Shown: positions 52,111 to 63,326, counted from the stretch's first letter. The stretch is DNA of 64,000 bases from Nitrosopumilus sp. (GCA_965205425.1 CBDBGZ010000004.1:192001-256000); one strand, 5' to 3'. Numbers and translations: made by a program. The notes: generated by a model from the sequence alone, not told the origin.

Positions 52111-53265
52111 TTAACGTCTAGATTTCTTTTTAGCTGCAGTCTTTTTCTTTGCTGGTCTCTTTTTAGCTGCAGTCTTTTTCTTTGCTGGTCTCTTTTTAGC
52201 TGCAGTCTTTTTCTTTGCTGGTCTCTTTTTAGCTGCAGTCTTTTTCTTTGCCGGTCTCTTTTTAGCTGCAGTCTTTTTCTTTGCTGGTCTCTTTTTAGCT
52301 GCAGTCTTTTTCTTTGCTGGTCTCTTTTTAGCTGCAGTCTTTTTCTTTGCTGGTCTCTTTTTAGCTGCAGTCTTTTTCTTTGCTGGTCTCTTTTTAGCTG
52401 CAGTCTTTTTCTTTGCTGGTCTCTTTTTAGCTGCAGTCTTTTTCTTTGCTGGTCTCTTTTTAGCTGCAGTCTTTTTCTTTGCTGGTCTCTTTTTAGCTGC
52501 AGTCTTTTTCTTTGCTGCGGCTTTTCGTCTATTAGCCAACAATTCTTTTAATTTTAAATGTGCTTTATCTAATGATTTTTGGGCAGTTTCTTCTGCTTTT
52601 GTTCGTCTCTCCAAATCTTTTAGGAATTTTTGTACAGATTTGTGACTTGCTGCTTTGGTTTCTCGAAGAGGTGGTTTTGATTTAGTTTGTTTTTGAATCT
52701 TTGAAACAATTTTTGATTTAATATCAGAGAAATCAGTAACATCACCTGAAATCTTTTTTGCAGTTTTTTGTCTACTTTTAATTTCTTCAACCAATTCATT
52801 GACATGATCATTTAATGAGCGTAATCTAGTCTCAGCATTTTGTTTTTCTAGAGGATTTTCAGCAAATTCAATTTCTTGTTCAGTCTGTTCGATTGCCTCT
52901 TTTTCAGTAGCCAATCTGGCCTCTGCAGCAGCAACCAATCTCCCAATACTTTCCAATTGAGAGTTCTTCCTAGTTAAAACAGTGGAAACATCAGTAGATT
53001 CTTCTTTTTCGGATTCTATTTTCTTATCAAGAGAATGTAAACCAGAAACAGAACGTTTTTCAGCGGTACGAAATTCTTTAACTTGTTCTTCTGCTTTTTT
53101 ACGTAATTTGGTTGCTTCTTGTTTCTTTTGTCGTAATTGAATTACTAGTTTTTCTAATGATGCCAATGATTGAATCAAGACAAATGGCTCGGTTAAGTGG
53201 TGGACATAATCAGGATTTGACTTGCAAGTTAAGAAAATTAACTTAATTTGATCGCTAAAAATCAT
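52111..53265 (-). CDS. Coiled-coil protein with histone-H1-like Lys/Ala/Pro tail (start probably TTG 53166)
   Basis: Long E/K coiled coil followed by (AKKKTAAKKRP)n. Confidence 0.85.
   Translation of the reverse strand: MIFSDQIKLIFLTCKSNPDYVHHLTEPFVLIQSLASLEKLVIQLRQKKQEATKLRKKAEEQVKEFRTAEKRSVSGLHSLDKKIESEKEESTDVSTVLTRKNSQLESIGRLVAAAEARLATEKEAIEQTEQEIEFAENPLEKQNAETRLRSLNDHVNELVEEIKSRQKTAKKISGDVTDFSDIKSKIVSKIQKQTKSKPPLRETKAASHKSVQKFLKDLERRTKAEETAQKSLDKAHLKLKELLANRRKAAAKKKTAAKKRPAKKKTAAKKRPAKKKTAAKKRPAKKKTAAKKRPAKKKTAAKKRPAKKKTAAKKRPAKKKTAAKKRPAKKKTAAKKRPAKKKTAAKKRPAKKKTAAKKRPAKKKTAAKKRPAKKKTAAKKKSRR
52126..52517. repeat. 33-bp coding tandem repeat, ~12 units
   Basis: CTTTTTAGCTGCAGTCTTTTTCTTTGCTGGTCT; one synonymous variant at 52251. 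Confidence 0.97.
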
Positions 53266-53303
53266 TTTTTAAAAAATATTAGTTAAGAGATTTTATCAAC
53301 ATC

Positions 53304-53615
53304 ATGGAATTTCATCCAAAAGATTTGCCAATTTTAAGAACATATGATGTAAAAGATGAAAAAGAAGCAATGTTGGCTGTTGAAGACATTGTAAATTTAG
53401 GATTTAAAGGGAAAAAAGAAGGTTACAAAGTTTTAATGCCAAAAGAATCAAAAATTGCAAAAAGAATTGGATATTCTGTAACAACTGGAATAACAACAGG
53501 ACTTGGACAAAAAAATGAGGATAGAGATATCAAATATTGGACATATCACCATGATGACAAACATTATGCAATAGTTCTAATTCACAGAGAATTATTGGCT
53601 GAATTAGGTTTTTGA
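53304..53615 (+). CDS. Hypothetical protein
   Basis: 103-aa ORF, host-like composition. Confidence 0.75.
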   Translation: MEFHPKDLPILRTYDVKDEKEAMLAVEDIVNLGFKGKKEGYKVLMPKESKIAKRIGYSVTTGITTGLGQKNEDRDIKYWTYHHDDKHYAIVLIHRELLAELGF

Positions 53616-54272
53616 TTTATCAAAGATTTTGTAAAGTTTAGTTCTATTTGCCATCACACCAGCTAGCATTACACCAACAATAGTTCCACCAATCACATCC
53701 ATAGGATAGTGTTCTAAAACATAGAGCCTACTCAATGAAATCAAAAAAGGATACAAGAACATCAGATATGCACCACGGGGAAATCGTTCAGAGAGGGCAA
53801 ACCCTAGAATAATAGCGAAAATCATTGATCTGGCCGCATGACCAGAGGGATATGATGCATCATAGCCTCCCTCACAAAATAAAGCAAACGTATCTTTACT
53901 TACAGACACAGGGAAGGACACTGCATCGTACTCAAAATCAGGCCTATCTCTATCAACACCACATTTTACATAACCAGTAAGCAATGTAGAAATCACAATC
54001 AAAATCATCAAAGTGACTCCAATTCTACGTGTTTTTGGAATGATCAAAACTAAAATTGCAAATCCTAACATCCATAATGCCTCACCACTTTCGGTGATAG
54101 ATTGCATAATCAGATCTAATGTAGGATTTCCAACATTTTCTGAAAAAAATAAAATTACATTCTGATCAAAGCTTTCTGTAATTCCAGAATATACAATTGC
54201 AGTAATAATTAGAAATAAAATTGTAAGTAAAACAAAGGAACGAGATCTAATATCAAAAAGCCAATTTTGCAA
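53604..54272 (-). CDS. PAP2-family membrane phosphatase
   Basis: K......RP, PSGH, SR.....H...D. Confidence 0.92.
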   Translation of the reverse strand: MQNWLFDIRSRSFVLLTILFLIITAIVYSGITESFDQNVILFFSENVGNPTLDLIMQSITESGEALWMLGFAILVLIIPKTRRIGVTLMILIVISTLLTGYVKCGVDRDRPDFEYDAVSFPVSVSKDTFALFCEGGYDASYPSGHAARSMIFAIILGFALSERFPRGAYLMFLYPFLISLSRLYVLEHYPMDVIGGTIVGVMLAGVMANRTKLYKIFDKSKT

Positions 54273-54373
54273 TTACTGAAACCTCAAGCACGTGTCTTTT
54301 AATTTTTGTCAATAGATAAGTTTTGAAATAGAAATAAAGAAATCATTTCTGATCGGCTAAAGAATTTAACCAA

Positions 54374-55600
54374 GTGAACAATAGACAAATTGTGAAGGTA
54401 CTCACACTAGATGATTTTGACCTAAAAGGCAAGACTGTTTTTTTGAGAGTGGATATGAACTGCCCAATAGATCCAGAAACATTAGAAATTTCAGGTACTA
54501 AAAGAATTGAAGAGGCAATAAAAACTCTTGATTCATTAAAAGAGGCCAAAGTTGTCATTGGGTCACATCAAGGTAGAGTTGGAAATAATGAATATACGGG
54601 AATGGACAAACATGCCAAAGTTCTTGAAAAATTGATGAATAGAAAAATAAAATACGTTGAGGATACAATTGGTGAAGCAGCTCAAAATGCAATCAAAAAT
54701 TTAGAAGAAGGCGAGATTTTATTTTTAGATAATCTTCGATTATGTGCAGAAGAAAATTATGAATTTGCTCCAGAAAATGCAGCTAAAACAATCATGGTTT
54801 CTCGTTTATCAAAATTATTTGATCTTGTAGTATTGGACTCTTTTCCCAGTGCACACAGGTCACATCCATCAATAGTAGGATTCCCTCAAGTTCTCCCAGC
54901 TTGTGCAGGAAGAATTGTAGAAAGAGAGGTTAGGAATCTAGATGAAATTATGACAGTTGCAAAAGCACCTCACGTTATTGTCTTAGGGGGTTCAAAAATT
55001 CCAGATAGACTAGAAGCGATAAAATTATTGATTCAAAATGGTCGTGCAGACCATGTTCTATTGACAGGGTTAATTGGTAATGTGTTCATGAGAGCACAAG
55101 CAAGAATCAAATCCTCTATGGGAATTAAACGTGAAGAAGAAGTTGTGGCAAAAGCTCATTCATTGATAGGAGAATATCCAGATGTATTTGCAACTCCCGT
55201 AGATATTGCAATCGACAAAGATGGAGAAAGAGTAGATATGGATGTAAGAGAAATGGGAAAAGGCGATAAGATATTTGATTTAGGACCGAAGACCATAGAA
55301 TATTATTCAAAATTAATTACAGGTGCAGGAACAGTATTTATCAGCGGACCTGCAGGATTTTTTGAAAAAGAGAATTTCAGCTACGGAACAAAGGCATTAC
55401 TAAATTCAGTTGCAAATTCAATGGCAACAACTATTGTAAGTGGAGGACATCTTACTACTGCATTAAAACAGCATGGGTTAGCAGATAAAATTAATCATAT
55501 TAGTACTGCAGGAGGAGCACTTGTACTTTATCTGACAGGAGAAAAGTTACCAATGATTAAAGCATTGGAAGATGCTGCAATAAAGCACAAATCTAAATAG
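54374..55600 (+). CDS. pgk: Phosphoglycerate kinase
   Basis: RVDMNCP, SHQGR, DLGP, HISTAGGA. Confidence 0.96.
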   Translation: MNNRQIVKVLTLDDFDLKGKTVFLRVDMNCPIDPETLEISGTKRIEEAIKTLDSLKEAKVVIGSHQGRVGNNEYTGMDKHAKVLEKLMNRKIKYVEDTIGEAAQNAIKNLEEGEILFLDNLRLCAEENYEFAPENAAKTIMVSRLSKLFDLVVLDSFPSAHRSHPSIVGFPQVLPACAGRIVEREVRNLDEIMTVAKAPHVIVLGGSKIPDRLEAIKLLIQNGRADHVLLTGLIGNVFMRAQARIKSSMGIKREEEVVAKAHSLIGEYPDVFATPVDIAIDKDGERVDMDVREMGKGDKIFDLGPKTIEYYSKLITGAGTVFISGPAGFFEKENFSYGTKALLNSVANSMATTIVSGGHLTTALKQHGLADKINHISTAGGALVLYLTGEKLPMIKALEDAAIKHKSK

Positions 55601-55940
55601 AAGATTTACAAGAAGGATTAGGACATTTTCTTTCTTCTGATGGCCCTAAATGAATATCATTATCACATGCATTACAATGATGCTTCTCGATTGGATCAAA
55701 TAATTTCAGATACATTGTAGTAAAGTTCTGCGCAATATTTCTTGCAAGACCAGAATCACATAATTCATTGAAGAATGTTTCAGTATCATCTATTATCCAA
55801 GAGGGATCAAGATCACCATCAGTTTTAAGAATTTCAAAAACATCATCATTTGTGAAATTAGTGTCTACATCATTAAATTTATCAAAAATGATTTTTCGGA
55901 TTTGGAGCGTAATTGGGACTGTAGGAATAAAATCACTCAT
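55593..55940 (-). CDS. Hypothetical protein with C-terminal zinc ribbon
   Basis: CNAC...CPNPSC. Confidence 0.75.
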   Translation of the reverse strand: MSDFIPTVPITLQIRKIIFDKFNDVDTNFTNDDVFEILKTDGDLDPSWIIDDTETFFNELCDSGLARNIAQNFTTMYLKLFDPIEKHHCNACDNDIHLGPSEERKCPNPSCKSSI

Positions 55941-55941
55941 A

Positions 55942-56385
55942 CTAATACAGGTTTGCTGCCTCTTCTTTTAGTTTGTCCACATCTCCAGAATCTTCTAGAT
56001 TCTTTCCAATGTAGGTATAAAGAGCAGATTTGAGTACCTTGAGAGAAAGCAAAGCACATTTGATTCTTACAGCTTGAAGATGTTCAAGGCCTAATTCACT
56101 TAAAACATCATTCTTTTCAATGGCTCTTGCTTCATCAATACTCTTACCTTTTGTAATTTCTGTCAAAACTGAAGAACATGCCATACAAATTGCACATCCT
56201 TTTCCATGAAATTTAATATCAGTAACTTTATTTTCATCAATTTTCATATCAATATCAATACTGTCACCACATAGAGGGTTAGAATCATGGAAAGTGACAT
56301 CATGATTTTCAATTTCCCCATAGTTGATTGGATTTCTTGAATAGTCAACGATCATTTCATGATAAATGTCTGCGTTACTACTCAT
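55942..56385 (-). CDS. sufU: SufU/IscU scaffold
   Basis: NPLCGD, GCAIC, RIKCA. Confidence 0.93.
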   Translation of the reverse strand: MSSNADIYHEMIVDYSRNPINYGEIENHDVTFHDSNPLCGDSIDIDMKIDENKVTDIKFHGKGCAICMACSSVLTEITKGKSIDEARAIEKNDVLSELGLEHLQAVRIKCALLSLKVLKSALYTYIGKNLEDSGDVDKLKEEAANLY

Positions 56386-57626
56386 AATTTGAACACCTTT
56401 GCCACAATATTTAATGAATTTACCAGAATATCAATGTCTTGTTTAGTATTGTAAATGTAAAAGCTAGCTCTAGATGTTGCTGCAACATTTAGTCTTTCCA
56501 TTAATACTTGTGCACAGTGATGGCCAGATCTAACTGCAATTCCTTCTTCATCAATAATTTGAGCAACATCATGAGGGTGAACATCTGCAAAATTAAATGA
56601 GATCACACCACCACGTTTTGAAATATCTTTAGTGCCATAGATATGGAGTCCTTTAACTGCAGATAATTTTTCTATAGCATATTTTGTTAATTCAATTTCG
56701 TGTTCCCTTACATTATCCATTCCAATTTTAGTTAGATAGTCAATTGCAGCCCCCAATCCAACAACATCTGCAATGTTTGGAGTTCCTGCCTCAAACTTGT
56801 ATGGCAAATCATTCCAGGTCGTTTCATATTTGTGAACCTCTCTAATCATATCCCCACCACCATGAAATGGACTCATGGTTTCTAGTACGGATTTTTTAAC
56901 CCATAAAACACCAATTCCAGTTGGTCCAAGCATTTTATGGCCAGAAAATGCAAAAAAGTCACATCCTAATTCTTCAAGGTCTACTTTCATGTGAGGAACT
57001 GCTTGAGCACCATCGATTAGAGTGAGTACGCCTGCAGTTTTGCATTTTTCAATAATTTTTTCAGTATTTGTAATTGTTCCAAGAACATTTGACATTAAAC
57101 TAAAAGTGACAAGTTTGACTTTACCTGTTACCAGGATTTTATCAAGATCATCTAAAATTAATTCACCATTATCATCCATTCCAATGTATTCAAGTTTAGC
57201 TTTTTTTTCTTGTGTTACAAGTTGCCATGGAACAATGTTACTGTGATGTTCATATTCAGTAGTAACTATAATGTCTCCTTCTTTGATATGAGTTCTGCCC
57301 CATGCATATGCAACTAAATTAATTGCTTCAGTGGTACCTCTAACAAAGATAATTTCTTGGCGATTTTTAATATTAACAAAATTTGCAATTTTATCTCTTG
57401 TTGCTTCATATGCTTCAGTAGCTTCTTCAGCAAGTGCATAAACTGCTCTGTGAATATTTGCATTATGGTTTTGATAATAATCAGTAATAGAATCAATTAC
57501 TTGATTTGGTTTTTGAGTAGTAGATGCATTATCTAGATAAACAAGAGGTTTGTTATCTCTAACTGTTCTTTTAAGAATTGGGAAATCATTTCTAATATTT
57601 TCGAATAGTAATTCAGTACTTTGCAT
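56382..57626 (-). CDS. sufS: Cysteine desulfurase
   Basis: YLDNA, SGHKM, RSGHHCA. Confidence 0.97.
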   Translation of the reverse strand: MQSTELLFENIRNDFPILKRTVRDNKPLVYLDNASTTQKPNQVIDSITDYYQNHNANIHRAVYALAEEATEAYEATRDKIANFVNIKNRQEIIFVRGTTEAINLVAYAWGRTHIKEGDIIVTTEYEHHSNIVPWQLVTQEKKAKLEYIGMDDNGELILDDLDKILVTGKVKLVTFSLMSNVLGTITNTEKIIEKCKTAGVLTLIDGAQAVPHMKVDLEELGCDFFAFSGHKMLGPTGIGVLWVKKSVLETMSPFHGGGDMIREVHKYETTWNDLPYKFEAGTPNIADVVGLGAAIDYLTKIGMDNVREHEIELTKYAIEKLSAVKGLHIYGTKDISKRGGVISFNFADVHPHDVAQIIDEEGIAVRSGHHCAQVLMERLNVAATSRASFYIYNTKQDIDILVNSLNIVAKVFKL

Positions 57627-57629
57627 ATC

Positions 57630-57938
57630 TTAAAGCTCCACGTAAATTTCGTTGGCGTCTATTTTAACATTGTATATTTTGAGAGAAGTTTCAGCAGGAA
57701 GGTTTTGGGGTTCACCATTTACCAAATTAAAAACAGAGAGATGTAATGGACATCTAACGCCTTCATCACTTAGAAAACCAGCAGAAAGGTCAGCATCAGC
57801 ATGAGTACATATCAAATCAGTTGCATGTATTTTCCCCTTTAGATTAGCTATGAGAAGTTTCTTATCTTCATGAACAAATCCAAAAAGTTGGCCTTCTTTT
57901 ACCTGCTCTGTACTGCAAGCTTTAATCCATTCAGACAA
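57630..57938 (-). CDS. Rieske ferredoxin
   Basis: CTH...CPLH. Confidence 0.93.
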   Translation of the reverse strand: MSEWIKACSTEQVKEGQLFGFVHEDKKLLIANLKGKIHATDLICTHADADLSAGFLSDEGVRCPLHLSVFNLVNGEPQNLPAETSLKIYNVKIDANEIYVEL

Positions 57939-57942
57939 AATA

Positions 57943-59343
57943 TCACCTATACTTGTAATGTTGTTCTATTTCAGAATCTTCATTGTATCGAGTTTCCTCA
58001 ATTTCAACAAACTTTGTTAGTTCTTCATCAGTGTTAATCGTAAGTTCTTTGTTGTCCCATTTTGATTCAATAAGATATGCAATCCATGCTCTAACTTGGA
58101 AAGACATTTTTCTTGAAAGTGGTTCTAAGAAACCCTCAACAATTGTTCTTTCAGCTTCTTCATGACTTAGACATCTAGTTTTCAAATAGAATACTTGTTC
58201 CTCATCAATTTGTGCAACTGAGGCAGAGTGAGTTGCCTTTACATCATTAGTGAAAATTTCTAATCCAGGAATTGCATCAGATTTTGCATCTTTATCTAAG
58301 AGAATTGAACGACCAGACAAAAATGAATTTGATTTTGTAGCATTTTCTTTAATTCTAATCATTCCCTTGAAAAGAGATTTTGATTTATTTCTAAGAATTG
58401 ATTTTTCAACAACTCTACCCTCTGTTGCTGGACTTTCATGGTTAACATTAGTTTGAATATCAAATGATTGCTCATTGTTTCCAAAGATTACTTCAGAATC
58501 ATTAGAGGATGCACCAGTACCATTTAGGAAATATTCGATTTTGTATCGAGATAACATTGATCCAAATAATCCAGAATACCAATTGACTTTGGCATCTTGA
58601 GCCAAATCTGTTCTTCTAGTTGAAAATGCTACTGCATGTTGATCAATCATTTGAAGAGTGGTAACATCTAGTTGAGCATTTGCTCCAAGAGCAGTATTCA
58701 TCAATTCCAAATATGCTTGTTGAGTTTGAATGCTTGGAGAATACAATTCCTGTACAATGCTAGCCTTGCTACTTTCATCTGCAAAGATCACATTTCTAGA
58801 AATGGTTGAATGGCCATCTTCAGATAGGCAAGTGAACATGTGGATTGGCTTATCGACAATCAAATTACGTGGGATGTGAATGAATATTCCTGAATTAAAA
58901 GCAGCGTTGTTTAGTGCAGTGAATTTATCTTCTTCAGATTTTGAAGCCTCTAGTGCTTTTTTTACCAATTCAGAATTATTTTCTATTGCATCAGAGATTG
59001 ATGAGATTACTAATCCTTTTGATTTTAGTTCGTCAGGAAGATTGATTTTGATAATATTAGTTCCAATTTGAATAATACAAATTTCATTTTCTAGTTCACC
59101 TAATCTTTTTGTTAAGAAATTAGGAATTGTTTCTGTAGTAGATGTTGAAAGAGATACTTTTTCTGGGTCCATCTTTTTTGCATCAGTGTACTTATTGTAA
59201 AGTGGTGATAATTCAATTGGCAAACTATCATAGACCGATAATGAATTCTTTCTGTAATCCTTTAGCCAATCAGGTTCATTTCTTGATGAGGAGATCTCAT
59301 CAATGAGACTGGTGTTGATTTTTGAAAGAATTTCTTGAGACAT
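57943..59343 (-). CDS. sufD: Fe-S assembly protein SufD
   Basis: PGLEI...DVKATH, FYL..R; follows sufB. Confidence 0.93.
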   Translation of the reverse strand: MSQEILSKINTSLIDEISSSRNEPDWLKDYRKNSLSVYDSLPIELSPLYNKYTDAKKMDPEKVSLSTSTTETIPNFLTKRLGELENEICIIQIGTNIIKINLPDELKSKGLVISSISDAIENNSELVKKALEASKSEEDKFTALNNAAFNSGIFIHIPRNLIVDKPIHMFTCLSEDGHSTISRNVIFADESSKASIVQELYSPSIQTQQAYLELMNTALGANAQLDVTTLQMIDQHAVAFSTRRTDLAQDAKVNWYSGLFGSMLSRYKIEYFLNGTGASSNDSEVIFGNNEQSFDIQTNVNHESPATEGRVVEKSILRNKSKSLFKGMIRIKENATKSNSFLSGRSILLDKDAKSDAIPGLEIFTNDVKATHSASVAQIDEEQVFYLKTRCLSHEEAERTIVEGFLEPLSRKMSFQVRAWIAYLIESKWDNKELTINTDEELTKFVEIEETRYNEDSEIEQHYKYR

Positions 59344-59370
59344 GATTTATCAAAATTAGGTATTGGGAGT

Positions 59371-60780
59371 TTATCCCACCGAGTCATCCATTTCTAGTTT
59401 GATGAGTCTGTTTAGTTCAACAGCATACTCCATTGGTAATTCTTTTGTGAATGGTTCCATGAAACCATTAACAATTAGAGACAATGCTTCTTCTTCACTA
59501 AATCCTCTACTCATAAGATAGAAGATTTGTTCATCACCAATTTTTCCAACAGTTGCTTCGTGAGTAATTGTTGCATCCTCCTGATTGATTTCCATGTAAG
59601 GGTAGGTATCAGTTTTTGATGTATCGTCTAAGAGTAATGCATCACATCTTACAGTAGATTTTACGCCAGTAGCACCTTTTGCTACATTTAGCATTCCTCG
59701 GTAAGTGGAACGACCATCCATTCTACTTACTGACTTTGATGTGACTTTGGAAGTTGTATTTGGTGCAAGATGAACCATTTTTGCGCCTGTGTCTTGGTGT
59801 TGTCCTTTACCAGCAAAGGCAATAGATAATGTTTCACCATAGGCTCTCTCACCCATAAGGTATACTCCAGGATACTTCATTGTTAGTTTACTACCAATGT
59901 TTCCATCAATCCATTCAACAGTTGCACCTTCATATGCATAAGCACGTTTGGTTACAAGATTGTAAACATCAGCACTCCAATTTTGGATTGTTGTGTATCT
60001 TAATTTTGCATCCTTGTGTGCAACTAACTCTACAACTGCAGAGTGTAGTGATTCTGAAGAATAGACAGGAGCAGTACAACCTTCAATGTAGTGTACTTCT
60101 GCACCCTCATCTACAATGATCAATGTTCTTTCAAATTGACCAATGTTTTCTGCATTAATTCTAAAGTATGCTTGCAGAGGCATGTCTACTTTGACACCTG
60201 GTGGAACATAGATGAATGAACCACCACTCCAAACTGCACTGTTTAATGCTGCAAATTTGTTATCCTCTGGAGGAATAATTTTACCAAAGTATTTTTTGAA
60301 TAACTCTGGATGTTCAATTAAAGCTGCATCAGTATCTAAAAAGAGAACACCTTGTTTTGCCAAATCTTCTCTTAAACTGTGGTATACAACTTCAGATTCA
60401 TACTGTGCACCAACACCTGCTAAAAATTTCTTTTCAGCTTCTGGAATTCCAAGTTTATCAAAGGTGTTTTTGACATTTTCTGGAACATCATCCCAGTTCT
60501 TTTCTACTTTGTCAGATGCTTTTGCATAATAGTAAATATTTTGGAAATCAATTACACTAAGATCTCCACCCCAAGTTGGCATTGGTTTTTGCATAAATAT
60601 TTCAAAAGAACGTAATCGAAAATCAAGCATCCATTGTGGCTCTTTTTTCATTTTACTAATTTCTATTACAGTTTCCTTAGACAGGCCTTTCTTGCTAAGG
60701 TGGACATACATTTCTGTAGAGTCTTTAAAATCATATTGTGAATAATCCATATCTAGATTTTCAGTAGTCATGTCCGTCAT
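59371..60780 (-). CDS. sufB: Fe-S assembly protein SufB
   Basis: [28 protein letters not shown]. Confidence 0.97.
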   Translation of the reverse strand: MTDMTTENLDMDYSQYDFKDSTEMYVHLSKKGLSKETVIEISKMKKEPQWMLDFRLRSFEIFMQKPMPTWGGDLSVIDFQNIYYYAKASDKVEKNWDDVPENVKNTFDKLGIPEAEKKFLAGVGAQYESEVVYHSLREDLAKQGVLFLDTDAALIEHPELFKKYFGKIIPPEDNKFAALNSAVWSGGSFIYVPPGVKVDMPLQAYFRINAENIGQFERTLIIVDEGAEVHYIEGCTAPVYSSESLHSAVVELVAHKDAKLRYTTIQNWSADVYNLVTKRAYAYEGATVEWIDGNIGSKLTMKYPGVYLMGERAYGETLSIAFAGKGQHQDTGAKMVHLAPNTTSKVTSKSVSRMDGRSTYRGMLNVAKGATGVKSTVRCDALLLDDTSKTDTYPYMEINQEDATITHEATVGKIGDEQIFYLMSRGFSEEEALSLIVNGFMEPFTKELPMEYAVELNRLIKLEMDDSVG

Positions 60781-60812
60781 AACCCCGTTATATTATAAAT
60801 ACATGAGGAAAA

Positions 60813-60840
60813 ATAGGCACAGCTAAATAGCTTCAGCTAA
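60813..60840. promoter_or_regulatory. Two tandem palindromic operators upstream of the sufB TATA box
   Basis: ATAGGCACAGCTAA + ATAGCTTCAGCTAA; match the sufC box. Confidence 0.6.
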
Positions 60841-60859
60841 ATTTTGGAGTTTAGATAAT

Positions 60860-61663
60860 CTAGTTAAGACTAGTTTTCATTGTATCAAATGCACCTGAAA
60901 CAGTATGAATTTCAGAGACAACATAAGAAACATCAAATTTCTTTAGTTCCTCAGAAGTAAAAGGCCCAATACACACTAGAGATAATTTTGAGAGATGGTT
61001 AAGCAAATCCAATTTTTCATAATCTTTTTGCATTATTTCAAAAAATCCACGAACAGATGATGCACTAGTAAAGATTACACCATCAACCTTATTTTGAGAA
61101 AATAATTCACGAAACCCATTCCATTGAGTTGTATCTCTAAATGCACATACATCATACAGATGAATTTCTATAACATTAATTCCAATTTTATTTAATAATT
61201 CTTTGAGAAAAGAATTTGATGCTCCACTACGAGGAATGATCACTTTTTTGTCTACAGCATTGATTTGAGAAAATTCCTCACCAACACCTATTGAAGAATT
61301 ATTTTTTGGTTCATGATTTACTGTGATCCCATATGTGTTCAGAGTTGCAGTAGTTTTAGGACCTACAGACATTACCATAGTATTTGCAACTGCCAATTGT
61401 AATTTCTCAAAGTTTCCAATATTTTTTGCAGTGTCAAATAGTATTTTGACAGCTTTTGAGCTTAGAAATACAGAGTAATCTGGAGTTTCAGTTTCAATTA
61501 GATTTAAAAATTCATCAACAATTTTTTCCCCCTTACTTACAAGTTCTATTGTAGGTAATGCTATTGGTATTGCTTTGTTACTTTCAGCAAGTAAAATGAA
61601 TTCTGATGCATCGTCTTTTGAGCGAGTAATGGCTATAGTTTTTCCATCAAGCATTATTTCCAA
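60860..61663 (-). CDS. hemD: Uroporphyrinogen-III synthase
   Basis: ITR, FTSASSV, IGP.T. Confidence 0.92.
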   Translation of the reverse strand: MEIMLDGKTIAITRSKDDASEFILLAESNKAIPIALPTIELVSKGEKIVDEFLNLIETETPDYSVFLSSKAVKILFDTAKNIGNFEKLQLAVANTMVMSVGPKTTATLNTYGITVNHEPKNNSSIGVGEEFSQINAVDKKVIIPRSGASNSFLKELLNKIGINVIEIHLYDVCAFRDTTQWNGFRELFSQNKVDGVIFTSASSVRGFFEIMQKDYEKLDLLNHLSKLSLVCIGPFTSEELKKFDVSYVVSEIHTVSGAFDTMKTSLN

Positions 61664-62394
61664 CCTATAGTATCTGACAAATCAACAACATTGCCAATTA
61701 TAATATTTGTAGGAGGAGTAATTTTATTTTCTTTAACTTTTTTTGCAATATTTATGACTGTACCTTTGATCATTTTTTGTTTAAGAGTAGTTCCATTTTG
61801 AATAACAGCTACAGGAGTTTTTTTATCCATTCCACCAGCAATTAGTTGTTTACAAATAACATCTATTCTTGACAATCCCATCATAATTACAATAGTATCA
61901 ACAGATTTTGCAAGATTTTTCCATTTTACAATTTCTTTTTTCTTTTCTGGATCTTCATGACCAGTTACAAAAACTACAGAAGATGCATGTTTTCTATGAG
62001 TTAGAGGAATTCCGGCATATGTTGCAGATCCAATTCCAGAAGTAATGCCGGGAACAATTTCATATTTTACTTTGTTTTCTTTAAGAAATTCTGCTTCTTC
62101 GCCACCACGTCCAAAGATAATTGGGTCACCGCCCTTTAGTCGAACTACATTTTTTTTAGATTTTGCATATTGAACCATTAGATCATTAGTTGTATTTTGA
62201 TGAGTCGTATCATCACCAACTGCTCTACCAACATAGACTTTTTCTGTATTTTTTGGAATCATAGAAATAATTTTTTTGCTTACCAATCTATCATAAAGAA
62301 CAACATCTGCTTTTTCAATTAATTCAACTGCACGTAATGTGATTAATTTACTATCTCCAGGCCCTGCACCAACAAGATACACTTTTCCAGTCAT
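61654..62394 (-). CDS. cobA: Uroporphyrinogen-III C-methyltransferase
   Basis: VGAGPGD, RLKGGDP..FGRGGEE. Confidence 0.96.
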   Translation of the reverse strand: MTGKVYLVGAGPGDSKLITLRAVELIEKADVVLYDRLVSKKIISMIPKNTEKVYVGRAVGDDTTHQNTTNDLMVQYAKSKKNVVRLKGGDPIIFGRGGEEAEFLKENKVKYEIVPGITSGIGSATYAGIPLTHRKHASSVVFVTGHEDPEKKKEIVKWKNLAKSVDTIVIMMGLSRIDVICKQLIAGGMDKKTPVAVIQNGTTLKQKMIKGTVINIAKKVKENKITPPTNIIIGNVVDLSDTIGWK

Positions 62395-63326
62395 GGCTTA
62401 TTCCATTCCTTCACTTTTTCTCTCCAATTTAATGCAAGATCATTTACTCCTTTGGAACGTAATTCTTCGCCTGCATTTTTTCCTAGGGATTTTGGGTCGT
62501 CTTTGTTTCCAAGTTTGTTTACCTGAAGAGATTGTTTTCCATCTACAGAGAATGCAGATACGCTCAAAGTCATCTCAGAACCATTTGATTTGGCATATGC
62601 CCCTAAAGGAAATCGGCATCCAGAGTCAACATAGTCAGAAAGAGAACGTTCAGCCTCTATTTCTAAACGAGAGTCAGCATCTTCAATTTTTTTTAACATC
62701 GAAATTGTTTCGATATCATCTGCTCTTGCAACAATTGCAATTGCACCTTGCCCTGGAGAAGGAGAGAAATCTTCAACGGGTAAGGGAGTATGGGTTACAT
62801 CAACTCCTAATCTAGATATTCCAGCTTGTGCAAGAACAATAGCATCATAGTTGTCTCCAGATATTTTTTTTATTCTAGTTTCAATATTTCCACGAATTGG
62901 TTTTACAATGACATCAGGTCTTTTTCTAGATACTTGAATTGCTCTTCGTAATGAGCTAGTTCCAATTATAGAGCCTTCTTTGATAGTATCTAATGTTGAA
63001 CCGTCTGAAGAAATGAAAACATCATTTACTGCTTCACGTTTTGGAATAGATGCAAGTATTAGATTTTCATCTAGTTCTGACGGAACATCTTTGAGACTAT
63101 GTACAGCAAAATCTACCTCTTTTTGAGCAACTGCTCTATCAATTTCTTTTTCAAAAATTCCTTTTTGATCTATTGTAAATAACGGTCTAGTATCAGTGTC
63201 ACCTTTTGTTGTAATTGGTTTGATTTCATAATCACATTCAGGATTTACTTTTTTTAATTCTGATATTACCCAGTTTGTCTGTGCAACAGACAGTTGACTT
63301 CCTCTAGCCCCAACTATGTACTTCAA
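62391..63326 (-). CDS. hemC: Porphobilinogen deaminase
   Basis: AVHSLKDVP, GTSSLRR, IRGN..TR, GC..P. Confidence 0.97.
   Translation of the reverse strand: MKYIVGARGSQLSVAQTNWVISELKKVNPECDYEIKPITTKGDTDTRPLFTIDQKGIFEKEIDRAVAQKEVDFAVHSLKDVPSELDENLILASIPKREAVNDVFISSDGSTLDTIKEGSIIGTSSLRRAIQVSRKRPDVIVKPIRGNIETRIKKISGDNYDAIVLAQAGISRLGVDVTHTPLPVEDFSPSPGQGAIAIVARADDIETISMLKKIEDADSRLEIEAERSLSDYVDSGCRFPLGAYAKSNGSEMTLSVSAFSVDGKQSLQVNKLGNKDDPKSLGKNAGEELRSKGVNDLALNWREKVKEWNKP

Noticed and set aside
52126..52517. CRISPR array
   Set aside because: Contiguous 33-bp units with no spacers, in frame inside a CDS; no cas genes
32102..60780. sufC separated from sufBD by IS-driven rearrangement
   Set aside because: Both units have their own promoters and core-gene neighbours; from memory this split is normal in Nitrosopumilus
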